Positions 27,017 through 36,217 of a stretch of DNA of 64,000 nucleotides are shown here, piece by piece. The number at the start of each line of letters is the position of its first letter. Within the stretch, counting starts at the first letter, position 1. Under the pieces are notes generated by a model that saw only the letters and a program-made list of their open reading frames with translations, was not told where the DNA came from and did not search any database. The stretch is from Synergistaceae bacterium (GTDB taxonomy: Bacteria > Synergistota > Synergistia > Synergistales > Aminobacteriaceae). The position numbers were made by a program, and so were the translations under genes. The stretch spans positions 2,917 to 66,916 of the forward strand of contig JAFTCP010000116.1 in NCBI GenBank assembly GCA_017454625.1, written 5' to 3'.

Positions 27017-28336
27017 ATGATTAACAGGCTAGAGATTGAGCAAATACCGCCGACCGAGTTAGTCCCTTATGATGGCAATCCGCGCGTACACAGCGAGGAG
27101 CAAATCAAAAAGTTAATGGCGAGCATTCAGGAATACGGAATAGTTTTGCCGGTTTTAATAGATGCTAACAACGTAATAATCGCGAGGCATGCAGTCGTTC
27201 AAGCGTGTGTAAATCTTGCAATCCCTGAAATTCCCTGTGTTCGTGCGTCTCACTTAACGGAAGCTCAGACCAAAGCCTATATTCTCGCGGATAACCGGCT
27301 TGCGGAGGACTCGACATGGGACAGAGAAAAGCTCAAGACCGAGATGTTGAGATTGCGGGATGAATACGGCCTTGAACTTGCTCACACAGGATTTGCGAAG
27401 CGTGAAATTCTGCGTTTGAGAATGGACGTTGCAGAAGTTCCCAAAGATGAGGACGCAACACCTGAAGAGGTCAAGAATGTCGTCTCAAAAACTGGCGATT
27501 TATGGATACTTGGCGACCATCGTTTAATTTGCGGGAGCAGCATTGACAAAGACACAGTGAATAAATTATTGGCCGGAGAGAAGCCTCATCTTATGGTTAC
27601 AGATCCGCCCTATGGAGTAAATTACAATCCTGAATGGCGAAACGATTTCAACGATACGCAATCCGCTAGAACTGGGCGCGTCTTAAACGACGACAAGGAC
27701 GACTGGCGCGAGGCTTGGAAGTTGTTTAGCGGAGATGTCGCGTACATATGGCATGCGTCGTTACATTGCCGTGCTGTTGCTGACAGCTTAGAGGTTAATG
27801 GTTTCATTATTCGCAATCAAATCATCTGGGTAAAACCTAACTTTGCGCTCTCACGCGGCGATTATCACTGGCAGCATGAGTGTTGCTGGTACGCTGTTCG
27901 TGAAGACAACTCGGAATGCCCGGAAATTGCCGATTACTGCGAGGGTTATGATGGATGTCTCTACGCAGTACGGAGAAATCAAAAAAGTCATTGGCAGGGA
28001 AGCCGGAGCGAGTCAACTGTGTGGGAGATTGGTTTCAAGGATCAGGACACGCAGACCACGCACAGCACACAAAAGCCGGTTGAATGCATGCGCCGCTCAA
28101 TGCTGAATAATTCCGAGCCCGACGAAATAATTTACGAGCCGTTTTGCGGAAGCGGGACGACAATCATAGCCGCCGAGTCATGCCGCCGGAGATGTTTTGC
28201 AGTTGAGCTTAACCCTGAGTATGTCGATATGGCCGTGAGACGTTTTCAGGATTACACAGGTCAGCAGGCCATACTTGAAGAAGACGGCCGCACTTTTGAT
28301 GAGATAGCCGAGTTGCGGAGTGAGGCCGGTGAATGA
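27017..28336 (+). CDS. ParB-like nuclease domain fused to N6/N4 DNA methyltransferase
   Basis: ATG at 27017 behind an AGGAGAGG RBS. ParB-N pattern (LVPYDGNPRVHS), then MTase motif IV DPPYG and an FCGSGTT SAM-binding motif. Confidence 0.8.
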   Translation: MINRLEIEQIPPTELVPYDGNPRVHSEEQIKKLMASIQEYGIVLPVLIDANNVIIARHAVVQACVNLAIPEIPCVRASHLTEAQTKAYILADNRLAEDSTWDREKLKTEMLRLRDEYGLELAHTGFAKREILRLRMDVAEVPKDEDATPEEVKNVVSKTGDLWILGDHRLICGSSIDKDTVNKLLAGEKPHLMVTDPPYGVNYNPEWRNDFNDTQSARTGRVLNDDKDDWREAWKLFSGDVAYIWHASLHCRAVADSLEVNGFIIRNQIIWVKPNFALSRGDYHWQHECCWYAVREDNSECPEIADYCEGYDGCLYAVRRNQKSHWQGSRSESTVWEIGFKDQDTQTTHSTQKPVECMRRSMLNNSEPDEIIYEPFCGSGTTIIAAESCRRRCFAVELNPEYVDMAVRRFQDYTGQQAILEEDGRTFDEIAELRSEAGE

Positions 28337-28763
28337 TGCACGCAGTCAGGGGTTGTACCCGAAAGAGACAATTGCAAATCTGTTGAATGTTTCAGAGCGT
28401 CGAATTGAACAGCTTGCGAGGAAAAAGATAATCCCGAAGGCTGGGCGTGGAGTTTTCGACTTAGGGCCGACAGTTCAGGCATATGTACGATATTTGCAGG
28501 GCTTATGCAGTGGCACAATCCGAAGTGAAGAGCCGTCGGAATTAGATAAACGTCTTCTTGAAGCGAAAGTGCTTGAGCGCGAATCAAAAGCTCGACAGGC
28601 GAAATACCGAGCTGACGCGATGGAGTATGAAATCCGAGAACGCAAGCTGAGCACAGAAATTCCCCAGAAGTTAAGAGAGAAATTGACGGAGCGAGTTTAT
28701 GACGAGGATGATATTGAGGAAATTGTCGAGATTGTACGTGAAATTCTCGGTGATAGCTCATGA
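28320..28763 (+). CDS. Nu1/terminase-small-subunit-like HTH protein (first of two paralogous-looking copies)
   Basis: N-terminal HTH TIANLLNVSERRIEQLARKKIIPKAGRGVFDLGPTVQAYVRYL followed by a coiled coil. The start codon is uncertain. Confidence 0.45.
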   Translation: MRPVNDARSQGLYPKETIANLLNVSERRIEQLARKKIIPKAGRGVFDLGPTVQAYVRYLQGLCSGTIRSEEPSELDKRLLEAKVLERESKARQAKYRADAMEYEIRERKLSTEIPQKLREKLTERVYDEDDIEEIVEIVREILGDSS

Positions 28764-29383
28764 GGCAAAAAATCAACAAGACAGTACAGCCGATACGCTC
28801 GCAGTCTGACCGCGATGCGATTGATGCTTACTTTATGCACAGAAATTTACGCGACAGAGTAATGTTTGCGCTTGGAATTTACACGGGCCGGAGAATTTCC
28901 GACTTAGTGAGGCTGAACGTAAGGGACATTGCGCACATCGACAGAAAAGGCAGATTGTGCATAGTGGAGCGTCTGATGATACATGAACAGAAGACGGGAA
29001 AATTTGCTGACCCTTTGCTTCATCCCAAAGTCCGACGAATTTTAAGCAAGTATTTACGTCAGAGGCGTAAACATTCGCCTTCGTTAGGAGCTTTGTTGAA
29101 TGAACCATTATTGAAGTCGCGAAAGGCACGACATGACGGCCAGTATCGAATTACGAAGCGTCATGCGTTGCGTGTGTTGACGAATGCGGCGCGTGCTTGC
29201 GGTCTGAACTATAAAATCGGTACGCATTCATTGCGCAAGACGTTTGGATATATTCAGTATCAGAACGGCACGAGCATTGAATTAATACAACGAATGCTAA
29301 ATCATAGCTCGCCTGAGATTACCCTTAGCTACATTGGCATAACGCGGGACGACATGGACGAGGCAATTTTGAGTATGGATTGA
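28760..29383 (+). CDS. short (207 aa) tyrosine recombinase, catalytic domain only (FimB/FimE-size)
   Basis: R (YTGRRISDL), HxxR (HSLRKTFGY) and H...Y (LNHSSPEITLSYI). There is no N-terminal SAM-like arm-binding domain. Confidence 0.8.
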   Translation: MRQKINKTVQPIRSQSDRDAIDAYFMHRNLRDRVMFALGIYTGRRISDLVRLNVRDIAHIDRKGRLCIVERLMIHEQKTGKFADPLLHPKVRRILSKYLRQRRKHSPSLGALLNEPLLKSRKARHDGQYRITKRHALRVLTNAARACGLNYKIGTHSLRKTFGYIQYQNGTSIELIQRMLNHSSPEITLSYIGITRDDMDEAILSMD

Positions 29384-29394
29384 GGAGAAGAATT

Positions 29395-29682
29395 ATGAAC
29401 TTAAATGAAGCGCAAAGACAATCATTGATAACAAGTTTATTAGGATTTGTGAGGCGTGTATCGTTTCACGGGGCTGATTGGCCGGAGGAAGCAGACGCTT
29501 TTTCTACGATTGCGTGTTTGCTGCTTGGATGTCCAGTATGGTGGAGCACTGGCGAGGACGTTTCAGTTTCAGATTTATGTGATGAGACTGCAGAATTGGA
29601 CGAATTGCAAAAATCGGAAAACAGCGGGAAGGTGCGTTGTTGTGAATGCGGTAGCTGTCGATGTTTTATACGTGAAGAGTGA
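29395..29682 (+). CDS. hypothetical Cys-rich protein
   Basis: ATG at 29395 behind a GAGGAG RBS. The C-terminus reads CCECGSCRC. Confidence 0.4.
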   Translation: MNLNEAQRQSLITSLLGFVRRVSFHGADWPEEADAFSTIACLLLGCPVWWSTGEDVSVSDLCDETAELDELQKSENSGKVRCCECGSCRCFIREE

Positions 29683-29762
29683 TGTCCGAGTTTGCCAAAA
29701 AAGGACATTCGATTTTTTGAGGGGGCTTGACAAAGAAAATCCCGATGACTGCTGAGAAAAAA

Positions 29763-29825
29763 GGTACTGGGACGCGATTTTTGGCTTGCGGTCGGCCCGC
29801 TGACCCCAAAATTTGGCTAGGTACA
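29763..29825. other. candidate cos region
   Basis: GC-rich, partly symmetric core GCGGTCGGCCCGCTGACC, flanked by ATTTTTGG / CCAAAATT arms and by GGTAC repeats. It lies ~110 nt upstream of the Nu1-like/GpA genes. Confidence 0.25.
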
Positions 29826-29929
29826 GAATTTTTAAGCTGTCGGAGAAAATAACCTTGTCGTAATCCGGCTTTATCTTTTATTCTGCGAATTGTTCCGCCA
29901 AAATCTTTTTAGGCATAAGGAAGTATATC

Positions 29930-30439
29930 ATGACACGAGGAAGAAAAGAAAAAGAACGCAGAGATTTCTATTCTCAGGTCATATCAGCTCCTGAAGCTGC
30001 GGCTTTCTTGAAGATTTCCGAACGTACATTTAACCGTTTAGTTGCAAGTGGCATCATTCCCAAAGATGACTACGGAGAATACATTCTCGGTGAAGTTGTC
30101 GAAGCGTATTGGCGTAATCAATTCGACTCTGAAGGTTTGAAAGCGGCACAAACAAGGCTCGTAACAGCGCAGGCCGAATTGAAAGAGGCTGAACTTGCAG
30201 AACAACGCGGAGAATTGCACCGAGCTTCAGCAATTGCCAAAGTCTGGACGGATAACGTTTTGAATGCAAAGACACGTTTACTTGCTATTCCTACAAAGGT
30301 CGGCCCTTTGCTTGTGGGGCAGGAATTGCAAATAATCGTAGCAAAACTTAAAGATGCTATTAACGAAACACTGAAGGAGTTAGCTGACTATGACGGCGAA
30401 AAAATCACCCGAACAGCAGCTATTTTGCGCAATCAGTAA
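29930..30439 (+). CDS. terminase small subunit (Nu1-like)
   Basis: HTH (EAAAFLKISERTFNRLVASGIIPKD) plus a coiled coil (AQAELKEAELAEQRGELH). It overlaps the large-subunit start. Confidence 0.6.
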   Translation: MTRGRKEKERRDFYSQVISAPEAAAFLKISERTFNRLVASGIIPKDDYGEYILGEVVEAYWRNQFDSEGLKAAQTRLVTAQAELKEAELAEQRGELHRASAIAKVWTDNVLNAKTRLLAIPTKVGPLLVGQELQIIVAKLKDAINETLKELADYDGEKITRTAAILRNQ

Positions 30440-32312
30440 CGCATGGCTGCCACCGCCGGATTTAACTGTTTCTGAATGGGCCGATGAATTTCGGAGAATT
30501 CCACCTGAAGCCTCAGCCGAGCCGGGCACATGGAGAACTTCAAGGGCAGAATATCAGCGCGAAGTCATGAACGCTGTGAGCAATCCTCTAACCGAACGAG
30601 TTGTTATGATGACAGCCGCGCAGGTTGGGAAAAGTGAGATTTTATTAAACGTCATCGGTTATTTCATCGACCAAGAGCCCAGCCCGATATTGTTGATACA
30701 GCCTACGATCGAAATGGGCGAGAGTTTTTCAAAGGACAGAGTTGCGCCGATGGTGAGAGATACACCGTGTTTGCGTGAGAAAATTCAAGACAGCAAGACC
30801 AGATTTAGCGGCAACACAATCAAGGAGAAGAAATTTCCCGGCGGTCAGATAACCATAGCCGGAGCAAATTCGCCCGCGTCATTGGCCTCACGTCCCATCA
30901 GAATATTATTATGCGATGAGGTTGACCGTTACCCTGCATCAGCCGGAAGTGAAGGCGATCCGTTAAGTCTAGCGATGAAACGTACACAAAATTTCTGGAA
31001 CAGGCGCATAGTCTGGGTAAGCACGCCGACATTGCTGGGAGTTTCACGAATTGAGAAGGCTTACAGCTCAAGCAGTCGTGAAAAGTGGTGCGTTCCATGT
31101 CCGACTTGCGGGGAATATCAGCCGTATTCATGGGAACAGATAACGTTTAAGGACTTGCCTGAACCCGTCATGACCTGTGCGAAGTGCGGAGCAAAACACA
31201 ATGAAGTTGAGTGGAAGGCCGGGCAGGAACGCGGAAAGTGGATTGCTGAAAATCCCGACGAGAAGAAATCACGCGGCTTTCACGTAAATGCTTTTGCGTC
31301 AGCGTGGGTAACGTGGAAAAGTCTTATTGAGCAGTATCAAGAGGCATTCAGGAACGGCGAAGAAGAATTAAAAGTTTGGTGGAATACAGTTCTCGGATTG
31401 CCATATGAGAACACGAGCGGCACAATTGAAGCTGAGGCGTTAGAGTCTCACCGTGAGGAATATCCCGCTGAATTACCCGACGGCGTTTTAGTTTTGACCT
31501 GCGGAGTTGATACACAGGATGACCGTCTCGAAGCTGAAGTTGTAGGCTGGGGAGTTGGTCATGAGAGCTGGGGGATTGAGTATCGTGTATTTTACGGCGA
31601 TCCCGGCTTAAAAGAAGTTTGGCAGGCCCTCGATGATTTTCTTTCTAAGACTTGGAGCTATTCAAACGGCGACAAATTGGGACTTGCTTGTACATGCATT
31701 GACAGCGCGGGACATTTCACAGATGAGGTCTACAGATTTTGCAAAACCCGCGTGCGCAGGAATATTTTTGCAATTGTTGGACGTGGTCGTGAGGGAATGC
31801 CCAGTGTCAGCAAGCCGAGCCGGAATAATCGCAGGCACGTTGTGTTGTTCACGCTCGGAGTAACGACGATTAAGGGCACGTTGTTTTCACGCCTGAAAGT
31901 TGAGAAACACGGAGCGGGTTTTTGCCATTTTCCATTGGACGCGAAACATAATCATCGGGGCTATGACGCTGTTTACTTCAAGGGCTTGTTGTCTGAGCGA
32001 ATGGTTGTAAAACGGGTTAAAGGCCGGGACACAATCACTTGGGAGCCTCGAAGTCCGGGCATTCGCAATGAACCGTTAGATACGAGAGTTTACGCGACCG
32101 GAGCGCTTGAATTGTTCAATCCTAATTTTGAGATGCACAGACGACGCAGAAGCAAGAGGCTGGAAACAACACCGATGCCGAAGCTGAAACAGCCTGTGTA
32201 TCAAGAAAAGCAGGAGGAGAAACAGATTGAAGCCGCCCCAGAAGTGAAGAAACCAATTGCGAAAAGCAGCAGTGCATTATCAGGATTTTTCAAGCGAGGG
32301 TTGAGAATGTGA
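30390..32312 (+). CDS. terminase large subunit, lambda GpA family
   Basis: 640 aa with GpA-type motifs (LTVSEWADEFRRIP, Walker A-like AAQVGKS, LLCDEVDRYP, zinc-ribbon CPCPTCG...CAKCG). Confidence 0.9.
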   Translation: MTAKKSPEQQLFCAISNAWLPPPDLTVSEWADEFRRIPPEASAEPGTWRTSRAEYQREVMNAVSNPLTERVVMMTAAQVGKSEILLNVIGYFIDQEPSPILLIQPTIEMGESFSKDRVAPMVRDTPCLREKIQDSKTRFSGNTIKEKKFPGGQITIAGANSPASLASRPIRILLCDEVDRYPASAGSEGDPLSLAMKRTQNFWNRRIVWVSTPTLLGVSRIEKAYSSSSREKWCVPCPTCGEYQPYSWEQITFKDLPEPVMTCAKCGAKHNEVEWKAGQERGKWIAENPDEKKSRGFHVNAFASAWVTWKSLIEQYQEAFRNGEEELKVWWNTVLGLPYENTSGTIEAEALESHREEYPAELPDGVLVLTCGVDTQDDRLEAEVVGWGVGHESWGIEYRVFYGDPGLKEVWQALDDFLSKTWSYSNGDKLGLACTCIDSAGHFTDEVYRFCKTRVRRNIFAIVGRGREGMPSVSKPSRNNRRHVVLFTLGVTTIKGTLFSRLKVEKHGAGFCHFPLDAKHNHRGYDAVYFKGLLSERMVVKRVKGRDTITWEPRSPGIRNEPLDTRVYATGALELFNPNFEMHRRRRSKRLETTPMPKLKQPVYQEKQEEKQIEAAPEVKKPIAKSSSALSGFFKRGLRM

Positions 32313-32371
32313 ATGATATAATTACCGACAATTTCACGTATCAAAATTTATATGCAAGGAGAGATGGTTAT

Positions 32372-32551
32372 TGAGCGCATATTTTAGTCGTGAGCTTGTC
32401 GAACAAGTTAATTCGCGAATGAAATCAGGACATGCAGCTTCTCGTGTTATCCCGACAAAGATTCAATCTTATGTTGAACGCAAAACACGGCAAGAAATCT
32501 CTGATGCTTTGTCTAGTGCGTGGAGGAAAAATGCCTACAGAGACATCTAAT
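32372..32551 (+). CDS. hypothetical small protein (59 aa)
   Basis: ORF I read myself. TTG start behind an AAGGAGAG RBS. It overlaps the next gene by 21 nt. Confidence 0.25.
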
Positions 32552-33025
32552 AATTTAGAGGAGCATTCATACAGCAAAGTATACAGATTGCTTGTGAACG
32601 GAGAAGACGATTTAGTCGGGCAGATTGCTTATGCTATTTACAAGCAGCAAAAAATCGAGAAGATAACGCGATTTACGACCCAGAATAAACGTCCGCCTAG
32701 TGATGAAGAGCTTTCGTCTTTTATGGAGAATGCTGAATCAGAAACTCAGCGGCGTTTTTACAATGATCGTGCTGTTAGCATACTAAAAGAGTTTCTGGAA
32801 CAGTCGCTCACAGCCGAAGTTGACGAAATGAATGCTCAACTCAAGTCAGAATATGATGCTAAGATTAAGGAACTGTTAAAGGATTTGAAGCCCAAAGGTT
32901 TTATGTATGGTGTCTGGCAAGGAGTCTTTGCGTCGTTCATCTTCTTTGCGGCAGGTATTTTGTTATTGCTTGCGACTGGAGGATGGGCACGTATCGGGCA
33001 GGCTCTAATTCAGCTCGCGCAGTAA
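32531..33025 (+). CDS. membrane protein of unknown function (moron-like)
   Basis: ATG at 32531 behind a GGAGGA RBS. Soluble N-domain (DDLVGQIAYAIYKQQK) and a C-terminal TM hairpin (FMYGVWQGVFASFIFFAAGILLLLATGGW). Confidence 0.5.
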   Translation: MPTETSNNLEEHSYSKVYRLLVNGEDDLVGQIAYAIYKQQKIEKITRFTTQNKRPPSDEELSSFMENAESETQRRFYNDRAVSILKEFLEQSLTAEVDEMNAQLKSEYDAKIKELLKDLKPKGFMYGVWQGVFASFIFFAAGILLLLATGGWARIGQALIQLAQ

Positions 33026-33123
33026 TTATGATGATATTGCCCTGTTGCTGTTGAAGGGCTACGTACTACGTAGTCGGATTATGTAGGCAGAACTGGGGCT
33101 TTATTAGTTCTACGTAGAATGTT

Positions 33124-33146
33124 GCTCCCTTCGGGGAGCTTTTTTG
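33124..33146 (+). terminator. strong rho-independent terminator
   Basis: GCTCCC-ttcg-GGGAGC hairpin followed by a T7 run. Confidence 0.75.
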
Positions 33147-33159
33147 TTGGAGGGAGCAT

Positions 33160-33345
33160 ATGAAGACAACTATAAAAGGGCAGGATAAATCTATATTCTT
33201 TACAGAGTTGGCAAAGAATTTTGCTGAAAGCTGTAGAAAGATTACCGAATTATGGAAGGTTTATATGGCTTTCGCAGATGGGAAAATATCCCTTGACGAG
33301 TTTAGTGAACTCCGCCGCATGATTTTGGAGGAGCAATCAGGATGA
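33160..33345 (+). CDS. hypothetical protein
   Basis: 61-aa ORF behind a GGAGGGAG RBS. Its stop overlaps the following ATG (ATGA). Confidence 0.4.
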   Translation: MKTTIKGQDKSIFFTELAKNFAESCRKITELWKVYMAFADGKISLDEFSELRRMILEEQSG

Positions 33346-33395
33346 CTACGACCATTAAGGAGCAAATACAGGTTGCTGAAGCCCGCTTAACTCTT
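33342..33395 (+). pseudogene. 5' fragment of head-tail joining gene gpW (first ~18 codons), cut by the inversion breakpoint
   Basis: MTTTIKEQIQVAEARLTL is coupled to the upstream gene. Beyond 33395 the frame runs antisense to a fibre-gene fragment. The rest of gpW lies at 53350-53165 on the other strand. Confidence 0.55.
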
Positions 33396-33662
33396 ATTCT
33401 GAAAATCAAGAACTTCACGAATAGCCGTGTCCTGCTTGGCCCGCTGTTCTGTCTCAAGCTGTATCTTCTCAGCGTTGCGGTTAATCTGTTCCTGCAGGGC
33501 TGTATCTCCCGCAATTCTGGCCTGTACCTCACGCTTCAGTGCTTCTTTTCGACGTTCTAGTGCCTCATGCAAACTCAGCGCGTCTCTCAGGAATGAATCA
33601 GCCAGTGTATTAATCTCTCTTTGCAGGCTGTCATCACCAATTAATCGTCGTCCTGACTTCAT
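33387..33662 (-). pseudogene. 5' fragment (~90 codons) of the repeat-containing CotH fibre gene, separated from its body by the inversion
   Basis: MKSGRRLIGDDSLQREINTLADSF...ALERRKEALKREVQARIAGDTALQEQINRNAEKIQ carries the same repeat type as 53400-54500. It ends 2 codons past the breakpoint. Confidence 0.55.
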
Positions 33663-35724
33663 GAATACCAACAAAATACGCCTCACCTAATGTGAATGTG
33701 CCTTGAAGTTTCACTAACTTTGTGCCGGTCGGAATTCCTTCGGGGATTGTGAATTTCCCGCTGAATATTCCTGAACCGTTCGCGCTGGTCGATGAACACG
33801 CTACCTCTATTCCATCAAAGATAACTTTCACTGCCTCGTTCGGGCCGAAACCGCTCGCACTCACTTGAACTTCAATCTGCCGTATAGTCCCTTCGACTTC
33901 CTCAGTTGTAGTTGTCGAGCTGTCTAAAACTTGGCCGCTCCTTCTGGTTGAGCGTACAGTTCGCAGGATTACCGACTTCACAATATTTTCTGTCCACCTG
34001 TCGACCGATGGGGTAAGTGTAACTTCAACAGGCATGGGCTCAAAAGCCTGATAGGGATTAACCTTCATATCCCGCGTGTGTGTCGGCTGGTCAATCAAAA
34101 TTTCAACGTCATAGTCAAGCACAGTATCTTTAGCGAGAGCTAATTCCGAAATTTCCGCCGTCATTGGAAGCTGTAATGTCTGGTCGGCAATTAAAGCGGT
34201 CTGCGGTATGCCAGCGTCCCTCATGTCATCGTCGAATAATGGGTCAACGAAAACGTTATACGCGCTCGTCGGAGCATGAAGCGTCGCGTCAAACCGTAAT
34301 TCCTGCCTCGCTAAAAGCCCGTAAAGGTCGAGTATTTGACTTCTCATTTCATTTAGAACGTCAGCATGCACACACTTAATCGCTACGTTTCGGACTTCAG
34401 GCAAGCCCAGCCATGTTTGCGTTACCTGTGCAAGGCATATAGCTTCCGGCGGAGTTCCAGGCAAAACAGGGTCGTAACGATGAGAAATTCCACGAACAAT
34501 TCCGATTGAGCAATCTTTATACATTACGATAATGTCTTTTCGCGGCATCCTGTAATAGTAACTGGCTTCAATCACCGAATTTTCAAACAGACCTGATACT
34601 GTGATGCTCGTCGTGTTAAATAAATCAGGCTTAATATTCGTTCGGTAATGATAAGTCGCTGTGTATGTTGCGCCGGGCTGAGGCTCTTCACCGCTTGGAC
34701 TCCAGTCAAGATTATCGCCGTCAAGCAGAAAGTCTGTACCTTCAACGAAAATTAACGCACCCTGTTTAACTTCGACGACCTCAAAAACTGAATCATTCGG
34801 CAAGCCGTCAACACATCCTGAATAATTCCCGTGTGTCAGCGTAACTGTCCGCTCTTTCGTAACTCTAACCTGCGTTACGTTTTCTATGGGCGTGTGAGAC
34901 ACATTGAAAGACATCCTGCCCGTCCCGCCGCTGTTGAACCTGTGAACTTCCGATTGAACTTCTGCAAGGTCAAAAGCCTCATCGATTATGAGCCTCACGG
35001 AGTGCCCTATTTCAGCTTCGTAGCCGTTTATGTGCGCAAGCCCTTCTGAAATGCTGTAAGTTTGCTTGCCTGTCTCTGAGCTTTGAAGGGCCGTAACATT
35101 CAAGCCTTCAACAACATAATGACCGTTTGCGTGCCGATCGTAACGTGCTGTAGTGTTAAGATACTCAGGGTTAATTTTCTGGAGCTGAGTAACAATTTCA
35201 CCCCCGCTGATACCATAAACGGGGAAAAATGGCATATCAATATTATCTGTGCTTAATCCCCATTCCGCGACGGTGATAACTCTATATGCGCCGGGCATCA
35301 TGTATTGCGGTGTATTTCTTGCCGGTTCATTCAGGGTTTCGTCCTCATATTCTGTGAGGGCGCTGGATTTTTTCCATATGCCGACTTGAATATCTTCATC
35401 GTTGGGAATGTCTAAAACTTTTTCTGCAACTTCATACACAAGGCCGTCTATAAATATTCTTCCTGCCTCAAGGCTTGCCTTCTTCGTTCCTGTGTCAAGC
35501 GTGATAGCACAACCCTTAATTATTGTGCCGTCTGCGTATAATGAACTGCCGATAGCCTTAATTTTTTCTTCCGCTATGCTCTGAATTTCGTTGAACTCCG
35601 CTGACTGCATCGCTCTTCCTGAAAGTACAGCAACAGCGTCCCAGTTTTTAGATTTTTCATAGCGGTTGTAATACTCCGGCACTTTCAGCAAGGTTTTAAT
35701 TTCTTCACCTGTCAAATATCTCAC
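33634..35724 (-). CDS. tail fibre / baseplate-distal protein (DUF4815-like)
   Basis: 696 aa, positioned after the gpI-like gene. The N-terminus YYNRYEKSKNWDAVAVLSGRAMQSAEFNEIQSI is recalled from the DUF4815 family. Confidence 0.5.
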   Translation of the reverse strand: MRYLTGEEIKTLLKVPEYYNRYEKSKNWDAVAVLSGRAMQSAEFNEIQSIAEEKIKAIGSSLYADGTIIKGCAITLDTGTKKASLEAGRIFIDGLVYEVAEKVLDIPNDEDIQVGIWKKSSALTEYEDETLNEPARNTPQYMMPGAYRVITVAEWGLSTDNIDMPFFPVYGISGGEIVTQLQKINPEYLNTTARYDRHANGHYVVEGLNVTALQSSETGKQTYSISEGLAHINGYEAEIGHSVRLIIDEAFDLAEVQSEVHRFNSGGTGRMSFNVSHTPIENVTQVRVTKERTVTLTHGNYSGCVDGLPNDSVFEVVEVKQGALIFVEGTDFLLDGDNLDWSPSGEEPQPGATYTATYHYRTNIKPDLFNTTSITVSGLFENSVIEASYYYRMPRKDIIVMYKDCSIGIVRGISHRYDPVLPGTPPEAICLAQVTQTWLGLPEVRNVAIKCVHADVLNEMRSQILDLYGLLARQELRFDATLHAPTSAYNVFVDPLFDDDMRDAGIPQTALIADQTLQLPMTAEISELALAKDTVLDYDVEILIDQPTHTRDMKVNPYQAFEPMPVEVTLTPSVDRWTENIVKSVILRTVRSTRRSGQVLDSSTTTTEEVEGTIRQIEVQVSASGFGPNEAVKVIFDGIEVACSSTSANGSGIFSGKFTIPEGIPTGTKLVKLQGTFTLGEAYFVGIHEVRTTINW

Positions 35725-35728
35725 CTCC

Positions 35729-36217
35729 TCATAATGTCAATATTGTTCCGTAAAATCCTTTTTTCTTAGGAGTAAACATCTCCGCTGTCTCCAGATGTTC
35801 AAGCAGAATTAAACTGCCCGGATTTTGTATCTGGTCGGGCGTGAAGTAGCTTTGCGTTGATGGAAGCCCAGCCTTGATTTGTGTATCTATGAATACTCCG
35901 ACTTCTCGGATTGGTTCAGCAACTCCCTCACCGTAATTGAACATACAGCTCAAATATACGTGCCGCGTTGGGGTTTCTGAGTATGAATATTTCCTGCCGC
36001 CGGGCATATCTATATCGCCGTCATCATCTTCATTAACGAAAAATGAGCGCGTCAATTTCTTCCGGCCAATTTCCTTTACAAGTGCTGTAGCTTCGTAATC
36101 CGCCTCTTTCGGAGTTGTGTCCCAGCTGTCTTGTCCTTTACCGATTGCAAGAAACAACGGACGGGATAAAAGATATTTCGCCCAAGCTACACGCGCTAAA
36201 AATGTCAATACTGCCAT
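35729..36217 (-). CDS. phage tail-associated hypothetical protein
   Basis: 162-aa ORF tightly packed between the gpI-like and fibre genes. Confidence 0.4.
   Translation of the reverse strand: MAVLTFLARVAWAKYLLSRPLFLAIGKGQDSWDTTPKEADYEATALVKEIGRKKLTRSFFVNEDDDGDIDMPGGRKYSYSETPTRHVYLSCMFNYGEGVAEPIREVGVFIDTQIKAGLPSTQSYFTPDQIQNPGSLILLEHLETAEMFTPKKKGFYGTILTL

Noticed and set aside
26836-27024. 62-aa ORF and the upstream ATG (26978) of the methylase ORF
   Set aside because: This stretch contains a terminator hairpin. The ParB-like domain starts at the ATG at 27017, which has a proper RBS.
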